Assembly (NCBI GenBank): GCA_002269645.1 | Contig: NIVC01000493.1 | Location: 186,001-250,000 of the forward strand | DNA length: 64,000 bases | Direction: 5' to 3' | DNA from: Macrostomum lignano | Taxonomy: Eukaryota | Shown: piece by piece, positions 48,501 to 60,347 of the stretch | Position numbering within the stretch: position 1 is the stretch's first letter | How the letters are laid out: every line of letters begins with the position of its first letter | The notes under the pieces: model-generated | What the model was told of the DNA's origin: nothing | The model's input: only the letters and a program-made list of their open reading frames with translations | Databases searched by the model: none | Translations under genes and position numbers: made by a program

Positions 48501-51500
48501 ATCTAACACAGCACAGGCTACAATAGAGTCAACGGTAACTCCTACTGCATCATCAAGCGAGGCAACAACTGCTATATCATCGGAAACAACTTCGCATTTG
48601 TCAGACGCAACATCGTCGGGTACCAAAGTGACTGTTGCATCTGAGTCTACAGACTCACAAACAACTACGAATAGCATTGCAGAATCATCTACAAGCGAAG
48701 GCGCGGCACAGACTACTTCCACACCAAAAGCAACAACAACTTCTCCAGTTCTCGTTCTCACTACAACTAGTGGCGGAGTGTACGTGAACGTATCGCATCT
48801 GTGCAGTAGCTCACCCTGCAATAATGGCGGGACTTGCCGTACAACGAGCACCTACTTTGAATGCACATGCGCGCCGGGTTACACTGGATTTCTCTGTCAA
48901 ACAGGTAAGGTTCTCTATAGTTTTCAAAGCGCGGGCTTTTGATTCATTTCCAAAAAGTATGCCAACTACTTTTCAGACATCAATGAATGCGGTTCGAACC
49001 CGTGCGTCCGTGGCAGCTGCATTGACCGAGTTAACGCATATCAGTGCGTCTGTCCGACTGGTTGGTCAGGAATTAACTGCAACGCAGGTTCGTGCGACAG
49101 TCTTTAAAGTACATGCATACATCCAAAGTATGAAAAATATTAATCATGTAAACTCTAATCCATGCACCATCTTCCGCAGACATTGACGAGTGCAGCTCTT
49201 CTCCGTGCGACGCAAACGCTATTTGCACCAATAATCCGGGCTCGTTTTCGTGCGCGTGTCGCCCAGGTTACTATGGAGATGGCTACTCTTGTATTGGTAA
49301 GATTATACTTGGCGATTTTTATGGTTGATTAGGATTTTGAATATACATTTACTCATAATTGACTCAATGAAAAATAATCATGGGGCATCCATCACCTGGC
49401 AGAACTGATGACCTTTTCAACTGCGAACAGCACCAAACTCACTACTTACGACTTTAATAACTACACTGTAAGCTACGTTACTATTGAAACTGAAGTTCCT
49501 TTCGTAATCGGGTCGAAGGAAAGTACAGTATGCAAGGTGCGTAAATTCAACATGATTTGGACATTGAATTACTGCAAACCCGCTCCTCATTTGAAGCCAC
49601 CAATCTCCCAATGCGATCCTATCAACAACTATTCAGATCTCAAAGGACGGATATTTGTCGTTCACTGATCCGCCGTATCAGCTAAACTGGCCAACTTGGT
49701 ACACGTACCTGGTGAAGCCGATGGTATTTCCCTATTGGTCATACCGGTACGCGTTCGCCTACTCAGACTCAGCTGTCTACTACGAACTGCTGGAGAGTTC
49801 GCGGCACCGAAATACGGAGAACTGGAAAAAGGTGGTAGAAATCATTAACAGCTACAGCGTTGGCGCCACTTACCGTCCGTTAAATGCTCTCATCGTCACC
49901 TGGAACAAGATGCAACCATACAGCTACTACTATTACTATTGCTACTACTGCACTTACTACTACAGACAGCGTGGATTCAGCTGGGGGCAGTACTACTGCA
50001 AGTATTGCGACCCGAAGCAAGAGGTAATTTCGTGTGTTTTTGTTTAATTTAAAACTTTCTTTACAATTTGTATCAAAAAGTGTAGCTACTAGTAAAAAAC
50101 GTTCGAACTCAACAAACCATTCGCAGCACATCAGCTTCCAAGCGATCGTCACCAGAAACGAGACTCACTCGTTTGTCGTTTTTAACTACGGTCAGTTTGA
50201 GCTGAGCGAATGGCGCTGGTGGTATTTTTATGTTGCGGCGGGCTACACAGATGGCTACCAGAAATTCGATAGGCTACCATTCAGCTACTACTGGTGGCGC
50301 AGAAACTCAGTCACCGACAACAAGATAGAGGGCAATGTTGGAAAGGTTGGCCGACACGTAAGAACGATGGCGGACTCTATTCCTCCCAGCGACAAGCTAA
50401 AATGCAAAAAATGGATGGACAATGAACGCAACCGCCCTCTCACAACGACGCTGAACTGCCACACTTGTCCGAGGGACATGCGTCAAGCGGTACTGGACTG
50501 GCGCTACTCACCTTATGAGTACTCCTGCGATCAGAACAATAAAAACTCGAAGGGTAACTATGAGCTCAACATGTGCTTCCGGGGCAGATACGAGTGTGTG
50601 CAGAACTTTGCAAACCCACCGGCTTGCCCGTACCCGTGGTGGAGCTGGTACTGCAACCTTTTCATGCGATGCCAGTTCTATGCAGCGCCGAGGTGTTGCT
50701 ACAGGCTGAAAGTTCATTGGAGGAAGGACGGCCAGCTTGTGGACTACTGCGATGCCGGCTACTCCTTGTGGACCATGCGCTGGCTGTTGCGCAACGTCAT
50801 GTTTGACAGGAGCGCGAGCGGCTCCTTGATCAGGAGCACGGTTCAGGGCGCGGGACACAGCATGATCCTGGAGAGGACAAACAAATACTACTGGTGGTGG
50901 TACAGGTATGACGAGCAGCTCAGAAACGAAACGTTCGGCTACGATGTTTGTAGAGCCGGCAAGGTGATTGGAAAGTTTTCAAAGCTGCGACCAAAGTGCG
51001 ACAGTCGAGACTACACTGAACCGGCTTGGGGTAAGCAAAGCTAAGCTATTTTCTGTTAGACTTATAAAAGTTCGTAATATGCAGGTGTTTAAAAATTGTG
51101 CATTGACAGGCTTTAATCGTGGAGATCCTCACATTAGCACTATTGATGGTACCACCTACTCTTTTAACGGCCTGTGTGAATACTACATGATCAGAAATAG
51201 CTCCCAGAGTTATCCGATGCTGGAGCTGCAGGCTCGAACGGGTCTAGCAAAGTCGCTCAACCCTAATATCACCGCATCAGCTACCGTCTTTATTGGGTTT
51301 GCACTCAAGGCTGGCTCCAACAACTGCTCCATTGCTGTGCTGCTCAACACGACCTCAAACGATCTTGACGTGTACAAGGATGACGAGTTGTTGGGCAGTG
51401 TTCTCACGTACTTCTTCGGTCAGGAGAACTCTACCGTGATCGAGCGGTATAGCCTAGATGCCAGCGACAACAAGAGCATTACTATAAGCGAGTCGGACAC

Positions 51501-54500
51501 TGGCTTTTCTGTGACCGTCACCAGAGTGCTCAGCCTGCTGCAGGCTTCGGTGCAGCTGGACCAGCAGCGACATTCCAGCGGAGTTGAAGGCCTCATGGGC
51601 AATTTCAATGGGAACAAGACAGACGATTTCAAGCTGCGCAATGGCACCCTTCTACCTGGAGACAGTTCTGAGCGTGAACTTTTTCACTTTGGTCAGAGCT
51701 GGGCTCTGCAGTCAGGCGATGCGAGTCACTTCCCATATGAAATTGGGGTGACTCGAGCCAACTACTGCAACATGTCATTCGTACCAGTCTTCGTCGAGGA
51801 CTATAAGGATAACCTGCTGTCTCTGTTCTACAACAACTCGGAGCTCATGACGGCCGCAAACGACGTGAGTATTTTTTTAAACGGCTTGCAGGACATCTTA
51901 AAGACTGATGAACTATTTAAATATTGATTCATATTTGGCTTTTGTAGACTTGCTGGAACACGGAACAGTCCATCTACCTCAGCTGTATGTACGACGCCGC
52001 GCAGCTTCAGTCTCTTGACGCCGCAAAGGAGGCATCGCTAGCGGTCAGCCAGGAGGTGTCGGCCAAAGCGGTAGCTTCAAACACTGCTCCCGAGTTCAAC
52101 ATGCCATCTAACATCACAGTCTACTCAGCGACAACCTTCAACATGAGCATCAATGTGACTGACAGGGATGGAAATCCGATGACGCTGAGTATCCTGCAGC
52201 CCGTAAATGACACTTCAGTTTGGCTTGTTGATAACATCCTCGTCTGGGAAGTGGCTATTAACATCAGCTCATTTAACCTGACCATCGTGGCCACTGACTC
52301 ACTGGGAGCGCCGTCATCTTGGACACCGATTGTTCTCTATGTTGACTGCGAAAACGGAGCCACGCACAGTTTCAACTACACATCCGGGGAGACGATTGTA
52401 GGAGGTATCAGGACTTTTCCTTGATTCTCACCCACCAGTTAAACAAAATTTAACTCTCCACCCCTACAAGCCGAAGCGCTCTAACAACGAATTTCAGAGA
52501 ATTTCTATAGAGCCCAGTGCAGCTGCCCCAGCGGTTACCAAGGCGACAGGTGCGATGTGTCGCCATGTTCGGCGCAGCCTAGTCCATGCTACAACATTAG
52601 CATGTGCCACATGTACAGCAACGGCAGCTATTACTGCGATAGCTGCCCGGAAGGGATGGTAGGCGATGGACGGGTGTGCGAAGGTGAATTTCTTCGGCAA
52701 TCCTCTTGTGTGCTTGCGTAAATTATTTCAGACGATATTTTGCTCCTGAAACTTGAGGACTTAAACAATTTCTTTACTTATAGGTTTTCAAAGTAAAAAA
52801 CAAGGGTCGAAAAAAATAAAACAACTTGAAAATTGTTTCTGGATCTATGATCTTGCCGTTCTGTTTTTCGTTAATATTCTTGCTTGGTTTAAGTTTCATG
52901 AGAACATAATTTTTCAATTTCACAGATACGAACGAATGCCTTGAGACTCCTGGCATCTGCCAGGAACAGTGCACCAACCTGGCTCCCGGATATCGCTGCA
53001 ACTGCACTACGCCTGGCTTCCAGGTGTCGCCAAGCAACACAAGTCTTTGCGAAGACATCAACGAGTGCCTCACTGGGGACCATCGATGCCGCAGCGATCA
53101 GAATCAAACATGCGTGAATACGAACGGCTCCTACACGTGCCAATGTCCGCTGGCTGGCTTTGAACTTAATGCACTCTACGAATGTCAGGTTAGTGGACCA
53201 TTGTTACTGGTGGGCATCATCATTGGATCATTGGAATTTTAGCGCTCCAAACCGCTGGCTCAGAAATATTATTTCTTGGAGGAATTGATTCAAAGGTGTT
53301 AATATACAAACTTGCAAATTTTCATGGTAGCTATTCGATGCAAACGTCTTTGTGGTGGCAATTAACTTAGCTTAGCTGCAGGGGGCATCGTCCGGTCGAT
53401 GCAGCGAGGAGGCGGAGGGGACCGCCCCTGGTGACCAAAGACTTCCCAGAAGCCACTGGCTGGAAGTAAAAAGGGGGACTTCCCGCAGAACACAGGCAGA
53501 GAGCCGCAAGGCCGCAACCCCAAACCAAGCGGCAGGTTCTCAAGAAATACCACCCTGTGGGGGACCCAAAAGCCCAAGGGGAACCGTTAGCGACCGGACT
53601 ACTTCTTGGCCAAGCGTCCATCAGCACAGAGTTACACTGGGACCTTAGAGGGTGAGTTTATGGTCACATCAGGTCCAGGATCTCGGCGCCAACGAATCAG
53701 CCTTAACACACACCGGGACGAGTACCCTTCGAAGTGCGCCTTGCAAGGTGAAAGGCAGGAAATGAAGTCTCTTGAGCTATCAGCCCGCCAGAGGAGGCAG
53801 ATGTGAGCATTGGTGGCTGGGAAAGAGGCCAAACCAGATTCATACTGCACAGATAGTTCACCACGCCATTTTGTGCGGGGCCCGGGGCCTTCCAGTTCAA
53901 CTAGGTATCAGGTAATCTGAGAATTAGATAACCAGACAATTGGATATTCAGGTGGGTAGGGTATCAATAACCAGATTGAAACTCGCAGACCAATTACCCT
54001 CCCATACGAACGAGATGCAATTATTTCGAATTCGTAGTTTACTAATACTAAAAATCTCGAGGCCTAAATCCAGATCTAGACTCGAGTCGTTCGTTGGTAA
54101 ATACTCAAACCAAAGCCTAGTTCGAGACAACCAGCTGAAAATAATTTAATAAATCCAGGAATGATGGATGAGACGAATTAGTTATTCACTAGAGTTGTTC
54201 TCTTCTGAATCTCCGATTTCGCAGGACATTGACGAGTGCAAGACAGCCAATCCCTGCGGCCACAGCTACGTATGCGTGAACACGATTGGCAAATATTCGT
54301 GCCAGTGCCCAATGAACAAGATCAAGGTGAACGGGGAGTGCGTGCAGATACTCACTGTGAGTGATAGCGCCAGCGACAGCGCCACTACGGAACCGAGTAC
54401 CACCGAATCAAGTGAGTGCTTTTCTGGCTCGCGTCACTGTCATTGTCTCAATGCTTTGAAGAGCAAAACAAATACTTAGTTTATTGTATTTATACTTTCA

Positions 54501-55256
54501 TCCAGACAAAATTGCGATCATTTTTCGTTGATTGTTCTAGTTGCTCCCCCAATGTAGCTCATACATTTAACCCATGAACCCGTGTACAAATCTCATCAGG
54601 TGACTACTAATCCCACATTAGCGTAAAATAAGCATGGAGTACTGACATCTTTTTACTGTATTTGGGCAATTAGTCAACTCAACCATTTAAAGGACAACTA
54701 AGAAGTACATGTAGCAGAGCAGCTCAGCGGTGCATGCGTCTGACTCTCGCACCACAGAACCCAAAAAATTCAATTGGGGTTGTGCATGTAAACTGTTCAG
54801 GCGGGGTTTCGCGCGATTCACAACTCATGAGGGCCAACCCCAAGGCACAGAGAGTGTACATGCTTGACGATTAGAAAGTCAGGGCCGCTGTACACCCTGT
54901 GTGAGCGTGTGTATGAGTGCGTGCCTGCGTACAGTATTGGCGCGCTTGTATGTGCTCAGGAGCCAGCGAAATGGGCAGAATTGCCGTTAGAGATGTCGCC
55001 GAAGGCGTTGCGCCAGGGTGGTCACAGCCCTCGCAAGAGGAAAATAAGGACTCACTGTTGTTCTTGTCCATATGGACACTTAAATGTTAAAACAATCGCG
55101 GATTCACAAAACTTACCCGCAGCCAACCAAGCGCTGATCATCTCACTATCCGTGGTTGGTGCTGTGGTCCTAATCGTGATAATTGTGCTGGCCATTGTTT
55201 TCGGCCTGAGAGCGAGAGACCCTGTCGAGGTGCTGGTAGGCTCATCGACTGGATGA
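45536..55256 (+). CDS. MUC4-like type-I membrane mucin (signal peptide, T/P/S/E repeats, EGFs, NIDO, AMOP, VWD, EGFs, TM); exons 45536-45593, 45842-48904, 48977-49087, 49180-49296, 49403-49536, 49637-50023, 50127-51030, 51110-51864, 51948-52404, 52498-52683, 52926-53188, 54226-54411, 55123-55256
   Basis: Signal peptide [19 protein letters not shown]. Calcium-binding EGF motifs (DINEC, DIDEC), NIDO-like ISKDGYLSF and SFQAIV..SFVVFNY, AMOP-like C..W..CP..RCCY, VWD GDPH..T.DG..Y.FNG and [11 protein letters not shown], and [26 protein letters not shown]. Splice phases are consistent. Exon 2 contains compensating frameshifts. Confidence 0.88.
45880..48375 (+). repeat. Coding mucin tandem repeat: (TDTTEA)n blocks separated by [12 protein letters not shown][VI], ending in (TDTTGV)n
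   Basis: ORF track 45877-47625 plus direct reading. Confidence 0.95.
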
Positions 55257-58200
55257 AGCATTGGGTCTTATTGAACTTATTAAGAAACAATTGTGATTAA
55301 CAGCTTTAACTTTTACTGATATGAGAAACAGAAATTTTTCGTTCTTTTAATGTTATTTTATCTTTTCTTAGAATTAGTGACTCAGTGACTGCATATGCAA
55401 GTAGTTTAAGAAATACACGTACCGTCAGTTTAAAGGAGAATTTAGGTGAAGATTTTTGAAGATTTAGTTTTCATTTTTAGTATATCTGACTAGCAATCTA
55501 GTGCCCCCCTTCGGGGCGCCCAATTAGCAAGGAGTAAAAAGTTGTTCATGCAAATCCAATTAAAAGCACATTTTCTTAAGAACCAATTTCTTCTTCAGTT
55601 TTATAAACCACCTTTTACGAGTAAAATTGTCATGGAAAATTTGCTGCCCAATTCTCAGTGGCTTCTCAATTTCCTATAGCAGCAATTCGAACTGATATTA
55701 GAGATCACCACAAACAATGCCTAAACTGAATCCTTATTTGCTAGACTTCGCTTGTATCAAGTTTATAATATCAGGAATAGTCTATTCGACTCTATATTAC
55801 ACTGGGGTTGGAAAACTCCGGCCAACCAAATGCGGCCCGAGAAAGGCCTTTCTATCCGGCCGTCGAGTTCTTTGAGACTTCACAATAGCAATCCGGCTTG
55901 CGTCTCTTCTCAGCTCTTTTTATCTTCTCTCCTCTCTCTTCTCTCCCCTCGCCTAATCAATCTCCCCTTTCCTCTCTCTCTTCTATCCCCGTCTTTCGTC
56001 TTCTCTCTCCTCTTTCCTCTGTCCTCTCTTCACATATCTTCTCTTCTATCTCTTCTCTCATCAAATCTCTCGTCTCTCCTCTCCTCTCTTCTCTTATCTC
56101 TCATCTTCTATTCCATTCTCATCTGGCCCGCAGCCATGAGCTGAATTCTTTATCTGGCCCTAGAGGTAATAAAGTTAGCCTGACTCCTGATCTATAGCTT
56201 ATTTATAAATATGTGGTCGCTGAGTTTTTTTCTTTTAACAGGACATTTTAAAAGCATCGAATGTAGTTATAGCTATCGATATAAAATGTAGACATAAAAA
56301 TACATCAACTAATAAACTTTTAGCGGTTTAAAATAAACATTTATTCAGATTATATCTGAAAGCATGGGGATTGCTTTCTGAAATAATATGGTAAACATCG
56401 GCCTGTACCACAGTTTTACCGAGCCGAGAGTCTTACCATATGAATGGTAAAACTACTCGTACATTACTTGACATTTTTTTTTTGATTTGTCTTCTGCTTT
56501 CGGACAATTTTTATCCTTATTCGCTATATTTTTCAGTTTTTGATGAATAATTCAAACTTTTTTATAATTATAAGTTCTATATCTATACGTCGTGTTTCAT
56601 TCACACATACGCTCGTATCTTAATCAATACTATTGGTAAGAGAAAAAAAAGTTTGTCATTGTCACTACTATATGCTTCCCAAAAGCACGATTTTGGAGGT
56701 GAGTTGGGTGTTGCAACCTGTCTGCGGCGATCGCTGCCGAGCATCGTCAGCCAATCGATGACACCCACCTCAACTCCAAACTCGTACTTTAAGAGAGCAT
56801 ATAGTAGTATCATCTTTCAGAAAGTTATTCGAAACAAACGATAAATGGTGGCCTCTTCAAATTCCTTTATTTTAATTGGTGCGTCATTTTTACTAATCAA
56901 AAAGTAGCTAGTGCTTTGTAATTAGAAAAAAGAAAAGCTTTAAATTTATCGACAATAATTTGGGTTCCCATGTGTTTACATCAGGACAGCAAACTATTAG
57001 CTATACATGTACATGCTTCATACGCAACATGTAGCTCGTATAAACCTACCAGGCATTTAGGTATATGGTGTATATAGTAGGACAGATATACATTTGCAAA
57101 GCTAAACCGAGACTAAAAAGAAGATGAATCATCTTTTTTAGAGAAAATATAGGAATTTTCCGTCTAGTTTAAACAATTAAGAGTGCGAGACTGTGAGCTG
57201 TTGCCTCTGACAGTAGAACACTCGAAACTCTAGATTGTCATCAAGCCAGACTTATACGCCTATATTAGAGATTCGACTAACTAGATTCTTTTTTCTTTTC
57301 GAACAAGAGTGGTCCCACATTTGCTTGATCACGCATACGCAGCCTGCTAGATAGCAAAGACCTGCCCACAATAACTGTAAAAGAAAACCCAGTTCGAAAT
57401 GCGCTGCATCTCTCTCTCAACTATTCCTGTACTTCGTTTAATTAGCATCGTGTGATCCTACTAAATAGCCGGTACGAGTGGAAAACCTAAAGTAATTAAA
57501 GTAATTTGCAATAGAACGCTTGTTATACTACTGTCCCGAAAATTATCTAAGTTTTGCGAATAAACCTAAAAATCGTTTGAAGTGGAGTTTTATGTACTAC
57601 ATTTAAATACCTTCGTGGTTGTTGCAAAACACAGAACTATAATAACTACTGAATAAATATTTACTCTAGTATCTATTCTCTGTTACAAAATAAAGGCTAC
57701 TCAATGAATGTACTACAAATTGCGTTAAACATTCACCGACTTCAGATCAGGTAAGTATAATAAAAAACAAAAGGAATCGCTTATTTTCAGAACAATGATT
57801 TTTAAATTTAATAATTTGACATTATTTATTGAATAAAAAATAATTCCTTATTGTCTTACAAATAGAAATATTAAGGTTAATTAGATTTTTTCTAATAATT
57901 ATCTTTTCGTGTTTAAATTTTGAAATAATCCAATCTTTTTTTGCATTTTCGATATACGACTGAATTTTAGATTATTTGCCAGTTGCTAAATCTTTTAGTT
58001 TAAACATCATGACATGATAAAGACAGGGAAAATAAGTTATTTAGACTTGTAGAGAATTCTAGAGAATTATACAAATAATCATAATCATAGTCTCAATTCA
58101 AAGCTGCTTATTCATAAGCAAATGGAAATATTTAACTGAAATCAACATTACCTTTGACTTTGACTTTGACCAAATCATAAATTAGCCTAAGCTAGGTTCT

Positions 58201-59144
58201 AGGTATAGCCATATAGGCTCTTTCCTAGACTAAATACTGTGATATTAGATGTACAAATTCAAAATTATTATATTTTTTTATTAAAATAGACTAAAGATAG
58301 GTCTATTAATTATTAATACAATGTTATTTTTGTTATACTTATATGCTCTATACTCTAAACTACTATTTAAAAAATGAAAAATATACTTTATTAAATTGGT
58401 AAGAAAAAACTGTTTTTAAACAAAAGATGACAATGAAGAAAATAATATTAGAAGCAGATTAAAATGCATATATGCCTAGTAATATCCAAAAATCAATTTT
58501 TATTGAACAAGGCATTACTTACAACGATATTTAAATAGCCATTATCAGGAAAGTGTCTAGTATATGCCAATTTTTTATGCCAAGAAATCCAAAAAAAGAA
58601 ATTGGACTTTATCATATATGTTAAAAATTCAAATTATGCCAACATTAGGCCCTACTTTAGTGCTACAATAATAAAGGACCTTTTTCTATTATTGCATTTG
58701 ATATTTTTATGTACTATGTATATTATAACAAAATGTTATATTTATTACTCCTTTATAGCAACTTGCAATTATACAAAGTTCTGCTACCATACCATAGTTT
58801 AGATTGTATATTAGTACATGTATATGCGAGTTTAATGCTGGAAAAAATGATGAGACCTTATTTGTATACCAGGTTTATGCACCAATACAAAAATTTTGTC
58901 ATTTGATACAAGGTATCTGCTGTGTCATATGCTAGGATATATCCTAATGTATGCTAAAAAATGATAAGACCCTTTTGTATACTGGGAAATCTTGGCTTAT
59001 ATGTTGTCTTCCAAACTATAGGTACCACACTCTGGATCATATAGTATACACTTAAAAAATTGGGCATGCATTAATCTTGCATGCATTAATCTTGCATTAA
59101 TCATGCATATATCTTGGCTTATATGTTGTCTTCCAAACTATAGG

Positions 59145-60141
59145 TACCACACTCTGGATCATATAGTATACACTTAAAAAATTGGGCATGCATTGGCCTT
59201 GCATGCCAAAAGTAGATGTGCACAATTAGTGTGTATCACTCTTAGGAAAATAGTATGCATGCATACCTGGTGTGCACTTTATAGAATCATGCGGAAAAGT
59301 TATTGTGAAGTACAAAAGAGATTTTAAAGATTTCATTTTTAACCATAAATTTCAAGCTTATCCAGTTTTTTAAAGCTTATTATAATGAAGCAAATCTTTG
59401 CGTGTATTGATTTTCCACTATAATGATATTGCCAAAAAAGCATAAAAAATAAGCAAATTATGTGCCAAAGACCTATGCAATTCAAAAAAGGTCATTGATT
59501 GTCATAATGTAAAAAAGGTCATTTATTGTTGCAACACCAGTGTAATTTTGAGAATGGGCATGCACTCAATTTTTTGGTATGCATTTGTAATTATTAGATT
59601 TTTGTTTGTGCGTGCACCTAGCATGGTCTGGACTATGGTTCTAGTATCTAAATTCTTTAAAAGAACCTTAGTCCAGATCATGCTGGGTGCATGCCCAAAC
59701 AAAAATTAAAGAATTACTAATGCACACTGAAAAAATGTAGTATATGCCCATTCTCAAAAATATGCCTGTGTTGCGACAATAAATGACCTTTTTTAAATTA
59801 TGTAATAGACCCTTATTACCAGATAATTTGGTTGCTTTTATGCTTTTTTCGATACTATTTATAGTGGAAAATTTATACATGCAAAGATTTGTTTAAATGC
59901 TCTTTTATGAGCTTGAAAAAACTGGAAAGCCTTGAAATTTGCGCTTAAAAATGAACTTTTTTCATCTTTTTTCTACTTCACAATAACTCTTACGCATGAT
60001 TCTATAAAGTGCATGCCAGGTGTGCACGCATACTATTTTCTCAGAAGTGATGCATGCCAATTGTGCACACCTAATTTTGGCATGCAAGGCCAATGCATGC
60101 CCAAATTTTCGGTTGTATACTACATGATCTGGAGTGTGGTA
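59145..60141. mobile_element. ~1-kb foldback element (whole-length palindrome, arms ~490 bp, loop ~19 bp)
   Basis: Ends read TACCACACTC[T/C][G/A]GATC on both strands, and the arms align throughout to GGTTCT/AGAACC at 59642/59662. The left end is partly duplicated at 58989-59072. Confidence 0.8.
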
Positions 60142-60347
60142 AAAGAATACTATCATATTCAATTAATGTTTATATTTTTTTATTTGCATTCCTATCACCT
60201 TTTAACTGCTACCTTTTTCTTTGAAATGTTTGAAACCTTTTGTTATAGAAACTAGAAGATACTTGCACTTAGACAACCTTGTTTAGAAGTGCATAAACCT
60301 TGTTTATTTTTTAATTGGTGCCAATTCCAGTGCTAGTCAAGTGACGC

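Noticed and set aside
45744-48851. 1035-aa minus-strand ORF (VVSVAS repeats)
   Set aside because: It is the antisense shadow of the mucin repeat exon. The plus strand has the signal peptide, splice sites and domains.
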